NCBI GenBank assembly: GCA_018900835.1
Contig: JAHIFQ010000004.1
Coordinates: 1 to 64,000 of the forward strand
Direction of reading: 5' to 3'
Length of the DNA stretch: 64,000 nt
Source: Patescibacteria group bacterium
GTDB lineage: Bacteria > Patescibacteriota > Minisyncoccia > Minisyncoccales > PEYH01
A program made the position numbers and the translations under genes. Every line of letters starts with the position of its first letter. Within the stretch, counting starts at the first letter, position 1. Below are positions 8,855 to 16,907 of the stretch, in pieces. A model generated the notes under the pieces. It did no database searches and was not told the DNA's origin. It saw only the letters and a program-made list of their open reading frames with translations.

Positions 8855-9176
8855 CGGGGTAGCTCCGCACTATTTAATTGCCCGTAATGGGGACATATAC
8901 CAACTAGTCACCGATAAGGCCGTCGCATATCATGCAGGAAACAGTAAAATGCCTGATGGGAGAACTAACGTAAATAATTTTTCTATCGGCGTTGAGTTGA
9001 TATACGCTAAAAATGATACGCCAACGGAAGTCCAATATGATTCCCTGTCTAAATTGGTTGATTATTTGGTTGATAAATACAAGATTCCATTAAAAAATAT
9101 CGTCGGGCACGAAGACATATCTCCTGCCAATAGACAAGACGATCCTGCTAATTTTGATTGGAACAAAATTTCATAA
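8808..9176 (+). CDS. N-acetylmuramoyl-L-alanine amidase (amidase_2/PGRP) domain, C-terminal part (frame-shifted continuation of 6170..8854)
   Basis: GVAPHYLIARNGDIYQLV...AYHAG...SIGVEL...IVGHEDI...DPANFDW are the conserved amidase_2 blocks. This reading frame opens at 8805, overlapping the upstream ORF by 47 nt. Confidence 0.6.
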   Translation: MIHTVHRGLSQNTKHNGVAPHYLIARNGDIYQLVTDKAVAYHAGNSKMPDGRTNVNNFSIGVELIYAKNDTPTEVQYDSLSKLVDYLVDKYKIPLKNIVGHEDISPANRQDDPANFDWNKIS

Positions 9177-9215
9177 AATTAAAAACATTTAAATCTTTAG
9201 AATAAAAATAGAAAA

Positions 9216-9593
9216 ATGAAAAAAGAGTTTATAGAAAAGCAAAGGGTGCGGTTAGAAGAAAACAAAAAAGCTCTCCAAAAGGAGCTAAGTCTTTTTGCTG
9301 AAAAAGATGAAAAAATAAAAGGCAACTGGAAGTCCTCTTTTCCTGATTTTGACAGTTCTGAAACCGGAGGAGGAAAACTGGAAATAGCCCAAGATGAAGT
9401 GGAGGAATATTTGAACCGTCTTCCAGTGGAGCATTCTATGGAAATCAAACTTCAAAACATAGATTTAGCGTTGGCAAAAGTAAAGAAAGGCACTTACGCA
9501 AAATGCAATAAATGCGGAAAAAGAATTTCCATGGACCGGCTTGAGGCCTGCCCAGAAGCGCAATTTTGCGTGGACTGCAAAGGCAAGGCGTAA
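9216..9593 (+). CDS. DksA/TraR-family C4 zinc-finger protein
   Basis: C-terminal CNKCGKRISMDRLEACPEAQFCVDC (CxxC-17-CxxC) after a coiled-coil. Confidence 0.7.
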   Translation: MKKEFIEKQRVRLEENKKALQKELSLFAEKDEKIKGNWKSSFPDFDSSETGGGKLEIAQDEVEEYLNRLPVEHSMEIKLQNIDLALAKVKKGTYAKCNKCGKRISMDRLEACPEAQFCVDCKGKA

Positions 9594-9609
9594 AAACAAA
9601 TATATCTCC

Positions 9610-9645
9610 CAAACACAAAAACCCAGCGATGGGTTTTTGTGTTTG
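9610..9645 (+). repeat. Palindromic hairpin element copy 1 (16-bp perfect stem CAAACACAAAAACCCA/TGGGTTTTTGTGTTTG, loop GCGA)
   Basis: Member of a 5-copy family with the core AAAACCC-N4-5-GGGTTTT (copies at 9610, 10448, 11305, 12124 and 13225). It acts as a terminator-like cassette boundary. Confidence 0.6.
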
Positions 9646-9671
9646 AAAAAAATAATATACAATGATTATAT

Positions 9672-10346
9672 ATGTCTACTAATATAAGAAATTATATATT
9701 CGTTGACGAATCAGGAGACCCAGGCAAGATTCATAAGATTGATTCCTCTGGGAATAAAATTTATACTGGCGCGAGTTTATTTTATATTCTCTCCGCAGTT
9801 TGTTTGAATTCAAGAGAATTATTTTTGCTAGAAAATAAGATTTTAGAAATTAAAAATAAACATGGATTTAGGAACGAAATAAAAAGCACCATTATTCCTT
9901 TAATTCTATACAAAGACCTCCTTAAAATGATTAACAAATTAGATATAAAAATATTTTATAGATTAATAGATAAAAGGAAATATAAGGGAACATTTGCCGT
10001 TAAGGGTGATAAAAGGCTACACAATGTCTTTGATGAATATAATCTTGCAAAATTAGTCTGTTTTGCTGTTAAGAAGTGTGATATGACCGGAGTAGAAGTA
10101 GTTATAGATAGAACCGACAGAAGGCTACTGGATGGTAACTTCGAGAATTTCAATGATTATCTCAAGGGCAAAATAAATACTAAAACAATCGAAAGGATAA
10201 AACATGTCACTCATGTTAATTCGGAATATGTAAATGCAATGCAGTTATCTGATTTAGTTAGTGGTGCAATAAAAGATAGTTTTACCAAAAAGAATCCATA
10301 TCTTAAAAAGATAATGGAAAAAAGGTTGTTGAAAAAGATATATTAG
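9672..10346 (+). CDS. DUF3800-family protein
   Basis: The N-terminal YIFVDESGDPG matches the DUF3800 y-i-DESG signature. The protein is about 220 aa. Confidence 0.55.
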   Translation: MSTNIRNYIFVDESGDPGKIHKIDSSGNKIYTGASLFYILSAVCLNSRELFLLENKILEIKNKHGFRNEIKSTIIPLILYKDLLKMINKLDIKIFYRLIDKRKYKGTFAVKGDKRLHNVFDEYNLAKLVCFAVKKCDMTGVEVVIDRTDRRLLDGNFENFNDYLKGKINTKTIERIKHVTHVNSEYVNAMQLSDLVSGAIKDSFTKKNPYLKKIMEKRLLKKIY

Positions 10347-10447
10347 GTTAAATAAAAAAAGAAGCGGGCGCCCAGACCTGGGACACGCTTCAATATGATA
10401 ATAGCAATCTCAAAATAATTGTCAAGTCCCCACGCAAAATACCACAC

Positions 10448-10468
10448 AAAAACCCCTGCTGGGTTTTT
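10448..10468 (+). repeat. Palindromic hairpin element copy 2 (AAAAACCC-CTGCT-GGGTTTTT)
   Basis: Same family. It sits 50 nt upstream of comM 5' fragment 1. Confidence 0.55.
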
Positions 10469-10490
10469 AAATTTGGAGAATTAAGATAAT

Positions 10491-10685
10491 ATGAAACAAG
10501 ATAAATCAATAAACAACAATATGTCTTCCAAAATATTCTCCGGAGCAGTTGTCGGTCTGGAAACCCAAATCATTGAGGTTGAATCAGATATTTCTTATGG
10601 ATTAAGGAGTTTTGAGATTGTGGGCTTGCCCGACAAAGCGGTAGAGGAGTCGACTGTCATCACAAAACATTCAAAGTGTTCTTGA
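10491..10685 (+). pseudogene. comM/yifB 5'-end fragment, copy 1 (displaced N-terminal 44 codons + unrelated tail)
   Basis: From the internal MSSKIFSGAVVGLETQIIEVESDISYGLRSFEIVGLPDKAVEES it is about 92% nt-identical to comM 13296-13427, then diverges. It carries an extra MKQDKSINNN leader. Confidence 0.75.
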
Positions 10686-10821
10686 AAACAAAACTCCTCC
10701 CGGTAGAAGAAATAATCGGGCATAGGGTTGAAGTAGAATTGATTGAAAAATAAACTTAACGCAACTTTGACAATATGCGTCTTTTTTGTCAAAATGGAAC
10801 AAATATTAATAAACTGTATAT

Positions 10822-11259
10822 ATGCCAAAAATACCCACTGGCAAATTAGCATCAATGCACATCTCTTATTCCTTTTTTCTTTATATGTTAGGGACGCAGA
10901 TTATTTTTCCCTCCTGGCCATATTTATTAAAGCTCATATTTACCATATTTATTATTCTATTATCAGTGTCTGGCTCTTTATGGTATTTCAAAAAGAGAGG
11001 ATATGTCATCGAAGAAAAACAAAAATTTCTTCGCTTGTCGGCAATTTGGTTTTTCTTGATAAATTTTAGTGTTCCAGTAATGTATACTATTTTGATAGTT
11101 TGGATAATGAGGACAGGCGCAAGTGCCACTGACCTTGCCAAAACATTTGCAATTTTCTTAGTGAGTTCAGGAATAACCACCCTTTTATTTTATTGGTTTA
11201 CTAAAAAACTCATGCCCAGAGTAGAAAGCGGTAAGAGCTTATTAAATTGGAAAAAATAA
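10822..11259 (+). CDS. 4-TM membrane protein, hypothetical (cargo between comM fragments)
   Basis: Four hydrophobic helices and no recognised motifs. Confidence 0.35.
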   Translation: MPKIPTGKLASMHISYSFFLYMLGTQIIFPSWPYLLKLIFTIFIILLSVSGSLWYFKKRGYVIEEKQKFLRLSAIWFFLINFSVPVMYTILIVWIMRTGASATDLAKTFAIFLVSSGITTLLFYWFTKKLMPRVESGKSLLNWKK

Positions 11260-11304
11260 AAAAAGGCATAGTGGAAAATAGCGCTAATTCCACTTTCTCT
11301 CTCT

Positions 11305-11328
11305 TGTCAACAACCAAAAACCCATCAC
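11305..11328 (+). repeat. Palindromic hairpin element copy 3 (CAAAAACCCA-TCAC-TGGGTTTTTG)
   Basis: Same family. Its 5' flank TTCTCTCTC..CAACAACC is shared with copy 5. Confidence 0.55.
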
Positions 11329-11383
11329 TGGGTTTTTGTGTTTAAGAAAGGCGGTTTCTCTTTTTTTTGTTATAGCGACTTTT

Positions 11384-11668
11384 TTAGCTAACAAATTCTA
11401 TTTTAATCCTTTTGTTAAATACTGAGGCAATTCTCTGAAGATTATCAGTAGTAAAATTCTGCCGCCCTGCTTCCATTCTAGCAATAACGCTTTGAGTTGT
11501 GCCAATCTTTTTAGCTAATCCCTGTTGTGATAAGTGTTTCTTCGCTCTCAATTGGACAATCTTATAAGCAACTTCAAGACGATGACATTCTTGTTTATAT
11601 CCCTTGTTGAAATTCTTATCTTTCATCTTGGCCCTAAAATGTTTTTCGTAATTAGTTAATTTAGTCAT
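11384..11668 (-). CDS. XRE-family HTH antitoxin (HigA-like)
   Basis: HTH motif LSQQGLAKKIGTTQSVIARMEAG. It lies downstream of, and overlaps by 8 nt, the RelE/HigB-like toxin gene. Confidence 0.6.
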   Translation of the reverse strand: MTKLTNYEKHFRAKMKDKNFNKGYKQECHRLEVAYKIVQLRAKKHLSQQGLAKKIGTTQSVIARMEAGRQNFTTDNLQRIASVFNKRIKIEFVS

Positions 11669-12029
11669 ATTTATTATTATTTATTAAAAAATCTCTATAA
11701 TTTTTTTCGGCTTTAATAATTTCTTTTTTTGGTGTTTTGCTTGTTTTCTTTAAAAACGCGTGTAAAAGAATAATTTTTTTGCTAACAAATGTAAAATAAA
11801 ATATTCTATGATGATTTTTGGAAAAACCAACTCTCAACTCTCTAATTTTCCCTTTAATGTGTTTTGAATACGGTTCATCCAAATATCCCTTCTTATCTTT
11901 TAATAATTCTAAATATGTAAAAACTTTTACCTGTTCTTTTTTAGACAGTTTATCAATGTATTCTTTCACGACTTCCTTTCCTTTAGAATCAATATAGTAA
12001 TAGATCCTATGGTCCCCTAAATATGTCAT
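11661..12029 (-). CDS. RelE/ParE-superfamily toxin, HigB/Gp49-like
   Basis: Blocks EPYSKHIKGKIRELR and RIFYF...IILLHAF.KK..KTP match the Gp49/HigB family. The toxin-first order matches HigBA. Confidence 0.6.
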   Translation of the reverse strand: MTYLGDHRIYYYIDSKGKEVVKEYIDKLSKKEQVKVFTYLELLKDKKGYLDEPYSKHIKGKIRELRVGFSKNHHRIFYFTFVSKKIILLHAFLKKTSKTPKKEIIKAEKNYRDFLINNNKYD

Positions 12030-12123
12030 ATTCTCTTTATAGCATATATGCTATATGCGTCAAGTATCTGCTGTGGATAACTCAACTAATATTTAAGGTA
12101 TAGTATTATCCTTATTATTTTCC

Positions 12124-12143
12124 CAAAACCCATTTCTGGGTTT
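12124..12143 (+). repeat. Palindromic hairpin element copy 4 (AAAACCCA-TTTC-TGGGTTTT)
   Basis: Same family. It sits 50 nt upstream of comM 5' fragment 2. Confidence 0.55.
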
Positions 12144-12167
12144 TTAAATTTGGAGAATTAAGATAAT

Positions 12168-12383
12168 ATGAAACAAGATAAATCAATAAACAACAATATG
12201 TCTTCCAAAATATTCTCCGGAGCTGTTGTCGGTTTGGAAACCCAAATCATTGAGGTTGAATCAGATATTTCTTATGGATTAAGGAGTTTTGAGATTGTGG
12301 GCTTGCCCGACAAAGCGGTAGAGGAATCAACTGTCGTCACAAAACATTCAAAGTGTTCTCTAAAACACAACTTCTTCCTATAG
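12168..12383 (+). pseudogene. comM/yifB 5'-end fragment, copy 2
   Basis: Same as copy 1, about 95% identical to it across roughly 320 bp including the 5' UTR. It diverges from comM after GCGGTAGAGGAATC. Confidence 0.75.
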
Positions 12384-12599
12384 CGGAAATAATCGGGCAT
12401 AAGGATGAAGCAAAATTGATTGAAAAATAGAATTGACACCACTTTTATAGGACTGAAGTAAAATTAATTGGAAAATAGACCTGACACCATTTTTCTATTT
12501 CATCATTTTCTCATCACCGTTTTTTTCATTTGATGACTGGCAGAAACAAACATGATATACTATAAAAAATTAGAGGAATAAAATTAATAAAATATATTT

Positions 12600-13100
12600 A
12601 TGAAAAATAAAACATTATTGATCGCGATAGTCGCCATTGTAGTATTGGCAATTTTAATTTTTTTAATACTTCTTATTAAGAATAAAACAGCTCCCGTAAT
12701 GTTCCCGACGGACGAGAAAGCTTGCGACGAAATACAGGGACAGAAATTGAAAGATTATTGTTATTTGGGTGCCGCTCAAGCCAAGCAAGACATGTCTATT
12801 TGTGAGATGATACAGGAGCAGTGGGTAAAAAATGACTGTTATTTAAATGTAGCTCAAGCCAAGCAAGATATCTCAATTTGTGAGAATATACAGGATCAAG
12901 AGAGGAAAGATGACTGTTATTTAAATGTAGCTCAAGTCAAGGAAGACATATCTCTTTGTGAGGGAATGCATGGACAGAACAAAAAAGATCTTTGTTATTT
13001 GCGCATTGCTCGAGCCAAGCAAGATATATCTATTTGTGAGATGATACAGGAGCAGAAGATAAAAGAAAATCTTTGTTATAGATACATAAATCCCCAATAA
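12600..13100 (+). CDS. Signal-anchored protein with four ~31-aa Cys-containing repeats (DCYLNVAQAKQDISICE..Q..K)
   Basis: An N-terminal hydrophobic anchor is followed by 4 tandem repeats, each with a conserved CYL...A.AKQD.S.CE pattern. Confidence 0.5.
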   Translation: MKNKTLLIAIVAIVVLAILIFLILLIKNKTAPVMFPTDEKACDEIQGQKLKDYCYLGAAQAKQDMSICEMIQEQWVKNDCYLNVAQAKQDISICENIQDQERKDDCYLNVAQVKEDISLCEGMHGQNKKDLCYLRIARAKQDISICEMIQEQKIKENLCYRYINPQ

Positions 13101-13224
13101 ATTCTGTTAAAATCCGCAATCGCAATTGGTATAAAAAAGTAGGCACACAGACATTGGACGCGCTTCAATATAATAGTGTTGAAAACGACATCAGGTCTAT
13201 TTTTCTCTCTCAAACAACAACCCT

Positions 13225-13245
13225 AAAACCCATCACTGGGTTTTT
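13225..13245 (+). repeat. Palindromic hairpin element copy 5 (AAAACCCA-TCAC-TGGGTTTT)
   Basis: Same family. It sits 50 nt upstream of intact comM. Confidence 0.55.
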
Positions 13246-13295
13246 GTGTTTGAAGAAAGATACATAATAGAATATTATGAATTATAATAAATATT

Positions 13296-14843
13296 ATGTC
13301 TTCCAAAATATTCTCCGGAGCTGTTGTCGGTCTGGAAACTCAAATTATTGAAGTGGAATCAGATATCTCCTATGGATTAAGGAGTTTTGAGATTGTGGGC
13401 TTGCCCGACAAAGCGGTAGAGGAATCAAAAGAAAGAATAAAATCAGCCATAAAGTCATGCGGTCTTCGTCCGCCTTTTTTAAAGCCAGAAAGAATCTTGA
13501 TTAACTTAGCGCCTGCTGATTTGAAAAAAGAAGGTTCGCTTTATGATTTACCCATTGCCATTGCTTATCTTGTAAAAAGCAAACAAATCAATGCAAATTG
13601 TGAAGGAAAGATGTTTGCCGGAGAATTATCATTAGATGGAACTCTGCGTCCCATAAAGGGAGCTCTTGCTTTTGCTCTTAAAGCCAACGAAGCAGATTTT
13701 CCTGAAATAATCCTGCCAATTGAAAATATGAAAGAAGCAACTCTGTGCCAAATCAATACCAATAAAAATAATTTAAGGATAATCGGAGTTGATTCTTTGC
13801 AAGCTGCGATAAATTATCTAGAAGGAAAAATAATCATTGAGCCAGCGATACTGGATATGAACGAGGTTGTTAAAAATAATGATTACAGGATTGGATTGGA
13901 TTGGGTAAAAGGACAAAACCATGCTAAAAGAGCTTTAATAATCGCTGCTGCCGGGGGCCACAATCTCTTACTTGTCGGGCCACCGGGCGGAGGAAAAAGC
14001 TTATTGGCAAAGTCCTTGCCTTCAATCTTGCCAGACTTATCAGCGGAAGAAATGCTTGAACTCACCAAAATCTACAGCATTTCCGGACTGCTTTCAAAAG
14101 AAGAACCGATTGTAACAAAGAGGCCTTTTCGCGCAGCCCACCACACTGCTTCCAAGGTTTCAATAATAGGGGGTGGCACTCCGATTCGGCCTGGCGAGAT
14201 TACTCTTGCCCACAGAGGAATTTTATTCTTAGACGAATTCCCGGAATTCAATAAAGATGTGCTGGAAGCGCTTAGGCAACCATTGGAAGACGGGACTATA
14301 ACTGTAATGCGGGCAGTTCAAAGAATCACATTTCCTTGCCATTTCAGTTTGATTGCTGCTGCCAATCCATGCCCTTGCGGACACTTAAACGACCCGAACA
14401 ATCCGTGCTCATGCACTCCCTCGCAAATAGCAAAATACAAACGCAAACTCTCGGGTCCGATAATTGACAGAATTGACATGGTGGTTGAATTGCCCCAAGT
14501 AGAGTTTGAAAAACTGACAGCTCCTGACAGCAATCAGGAAACAATTGAAGCAAGGGGAGAAATAGAAAAAGCAAGAAAGATTCAGAACGAGCGATTTCAA
14601 GAGAGTAAGATGATAACTAACAGCGAAATGGAGGTGCCGGAAATAAAAAAGCACTGCCAGATAAATTCATCATCAAACAATATCTTGAGGAGCTATGTTA
14701 ACTCTGGCAAACTCTCTGCCCGCGGTTATCATCGGGTATTAAAAATAGCCCGCACTATTGCGGACTTAGCAGGAACAGATGAGATTTTGCTTGAGAATCT
14801 ACACGAGGCATTAATGTATCGCCTCGCTGATATTTCTCACTAA
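13296..14843 (+). CDS. comM: Mg-chelatase-like AAA+ ATPase ComM/YifB
   Basis: 515 aa. Lon-like N-terminal domain, Walker A GPPGGGKS and the C-terminal ChlI-like region. Confidence 0.9.
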   Translation: MSSKIFSGAVVGLETQIIEVESDISYGLRSFEIVGLPDKAVEESKERIKSAIKSCGLRPPFLKPERILINLAPADLKKEGSLYDLPIAIAYLVKSKQINANCEGKMFAGELSLDGTLRPIKGALAFALKANEADFPEIILPIENMKEATLCQINTNKNNLRIIGVDSLQAAINYLEGKIIIEPAILDMNEVVKNNDYRIGLDWVKGQNHAKRALIIAAAGGHNLLLVGPPGGGKSLLAKSLPSILPDLSAEEMLELTKIYSISGLLSKEEPIVTKRPFRAAHHTASKVSIIGGGTPIRPGEITLAHRGILFLDEFPEFNKDVLEALRQPLEDGTITVMRAVQRITFPCHFSLIAAANPCPCGHLNDPNNPCSCTPSQIAKYKRKLSGPIIDRIDMVVELPQVEFEKLTAPDSNQETIEARGEIEKARKIQNERFQESKMITNSEMEVPEIKKHCQINSSSNNILRSYVNSGKLSARGYHRVLKIARTIADLAGTDEILLENLHEALMYRLADISH

Positions 14844-14884
14844 TCACTGACAATAATTATTGATTATTGATGATTGATGATTGA

Positions 14885-15940
14885 TTATTTCGCAAAAGGG
14901 TTTTTGCCTCCCCTTACATCAAAATGAAGATGACATCCTCCTGGACCAGCAGGAATAGTGTGTCCCGAATAACCAATATATCCGATTATCTGGCCTTGAG
15001 AAACTTTCTGCCCAGCGGAAACAGCAATCTTTGACATATGTCCATAAAAGGTAACTACTCCATTAGGATGTAAAATTCTTACATATCTGCCTGCTCTTGT
15101 GTCCCATCCAGTTCTCTGGATTTCTCCTTGCGCAGCAGCGAAAATAGGGGAGTCGCATTCGCCTGTTGCAAAATCAACTGCATTATACCAGTGGAGTCCT
15201 TGAGTAATCTTCCACGGAGAAGGAACTGGAACAATAAAGTATGAATTTGGTATAGCCGTAGTTGTTGGGGCTGAATATATTTTCGGCGCTGGCCTTGTTC
15301 CCCCCGGAATAATCAAAATGTCTCCAACCACAATTGCCCCATTTTCTGATAAATTGTTAAACACAATAATAGTGTCTTTTGACGCCTTGTAATCCCTTGC
15401 TATCTCGCTTATCGTGTCACCATTCTGCGTAATATGCATAGCGCCTGTTACAGGCAGAATAATCAATGTTTTACCCACAGTGAGAGTTGACTTTGTGGTT
15501 AAATTATTTGCCCAAAGTATTGTTTCTGCGCTAATATCAAATTGTTGGGCAATGCTCTTTATTGTATCGCCTTTCTGAATAACATATTCTTCAACCCCTG
15601 TTTCGTCATGGCTCGTGCCGCCGCCTGTTCCTAATGATGCTAATGCCTTGTAATCCAAAACAGTGGAAGCAGAAATAGCCAATAAGCTGTTATCTTGGAT
15701 AGAGAATAAATCAGGATAGTGTTTTTTCTCCTCTCCTTGGCAAAGAGTGGAACAAGAGGATTGCGAGGAGTTGTCTTGATTTGAAATACTTGGAATAATA
15801 ACAGAAAAATCCTTATTGCCTGCATTAGCAATAAGGATTACTATAAGAAACAAGAATAAGAAAAAACAGGGCTTAGTGTATTTCTTAAGCCAAAGGGGGA
15901 ATTTTAAATTTTTTCTGATCGTAGGAATAGCTTTTGGCAA
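14885..15940 (-). CDS. Membrane-anchored LysM x2 + M23 (LytM) peptidase
   Basis: Two LysM repeats (YVIQKGDTIKSIAQQF.., HITQNGDTISEIARDY..) and the M23 motif HLHFDV plus YIGYSGHTIPAGPGG. Confidence 0.8.
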   Translation of the reverse strand: MPKAIPTIRKNLKFPLWLKKYTKPCFFLFLFLIVILIANAGNKDFSVIIPSISNQDNSSQSSCSTLCQGEEKKHYPDLFSIQDNSLLAISASTVLDYKALASLGTGGGTSHDETGVEEYVIQKGDTIKSIAQQFDISAETILWANNLTTKSTLTVGKTLIILPVTGAMHITQNGDTISEIARDYKASKDTIIVFNNLSENGAIVVGDILIIPGGTRPAPKIYSAPTTTAIPNSYFIVPVPSPWKITQGLHWYNAVDFATGECDSPIFAAAQGEIQRTGWDTRAGRYVRILHPNGVVTFYGHMSKIAVSAGQKVSQGQIIGYIGYSGHTIPAGPGGCHLHFDVRGGKNPFAK

Positions 15941-16047
15941 ACAACTGAATCTTTGTTCAGCTGTCGCCTGTTGTCTAAACTATCAAATCTATCTACTTAT
16001 CATTTAATCCCAAAAAGCCAATTTAGTCAAGCTTTTTATCCACAAAA

Positions 16048-16872
16048 ATGGATTTGTGCTCAAAACAAACAATCAAGTCCTTATTGAAAAATAGCAATAT
16101 TTTTCCATCCAAAAAATTGGGACAGAATTTTTTAATTGACCAAGGGATTATTGAAAAAATAATCGAATCAGCTGATTTAAATAATCAAGACATAGTATTG
16201 GAAATAGGGCCAGGGCTTGGCTGTCTTACTCAAGCATTGGGGCAAAAAGCAAAAAAAGTGATTGCAATTGAAAAAGATAGACGGATGATAGAAATATTGA
16301 AAAATAATCTCAAGGAGTTCAAAAATGTAAGGATTGTTTTGGGAGATATTCTTAATATTCAAAATTCAAAATTCAAAATTCAAAATTCGTATAAGGTTGC
16401 GGCGAACTTGCCATATAATATTGCCTTGCCTGTAATCAGAAAATTCATAGAAGCGACAAATCCTCCTGAATTAATGATTTTAATGATTCAAAAAGAAGTA
16501 GCGCAGAAAATATGCGGAGAAAAATCATGCCTACCAAAAATCGCTGTTGAACTGTTCGCTAAATCCGAAATATTATTTTTTGTTCCAAAAGAATCTTTCT
16601 TTCCAGCCCCCAAAGTTGATGGCGCAGTGATTAAAGTTTCTGAAATACAAAAAAATATCCCAAATGTTAATATGGAATTGCTTTTCAGAATTGTAAAAGC
16701 TGGATTTTCTCATCCCAGAAAAACAATTTTAAATAATCTGTCAAAAAAATTAAATATATCCAGGAACGATACAGCCAAATGGCTGGAAAAGACAAATATT
16801 CCCTGTGAAAAAAGGCCTCAAGACATTAATTTAAAAGAGTGGATAAAGCTTGTTGATGGTTTTGATTTTTAA
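16048..16872 (+). CDS. rsmA: 16S rRNA (adenine1518/1519-N6)-dimethyltransferase RsmA/KsgA
   Basis: LGQNFLID, EIGPGLGCLT (SAM motif I) and NLPYNIA. It contains an in-frame (AAAATTC)x4.5 heptamer repeat. Confidence 0.85.
   Translation: MDLCSKQTIKSLLKNSNIFPSKKLGQNFLIDQGIIEKIIESADLNNQDIVLEIGPGLGCLTQALGQKAKKVIAIEKDRRMIEILKNNLKEFKNVRIVLGDILNIQNSKFKIQNSYKVAANLPYNIALPVIRKFIEATNPPELMILMIQKEVAQKICGEKSCLPKIAVELFAKSEILFFVPKESFFPAPKVDGAVIKVSEIQKNIPNVNMELLFRIVKAGFSHPRKTILNNLSKKLNISRNDTAKWLEKTNIPCEKRPQDINLKEWIKLVDGFDF
16357..16388 (+). repeat. Heptanucleotide tandem repeat ATTCAAA/AAAATTC x4.5 inside rsmA coding sequence
   Basis: attcaaaattcaaaattcaaaattcaaaattc. The unit length is not a multiple of 3. 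Confidence 0.8.
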
Positions 16873-16907
16873 TTCGTGTTAAAATTATCAAATAATCGAA
16901 TCCAAAA

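Noticed and set aside
9610-13245. Integron attC sites / integron cassette array
   Set aside because: The palindromes lack the R''/L''-L'/R' attC organisation and the GTTRRRY core. No IntI-like tyrosine recombinase or attI/Pc is present in the window. The resemblance is organisational only.
14850-14884. TGATTGA/TGATTAT-rich mini-repeat between comM and the M23 peptidase gene
   Set aside because: It is a short AT-rich stutter in a convergent-gene spacer with no defined unit or copy structure. It is likely compositional.
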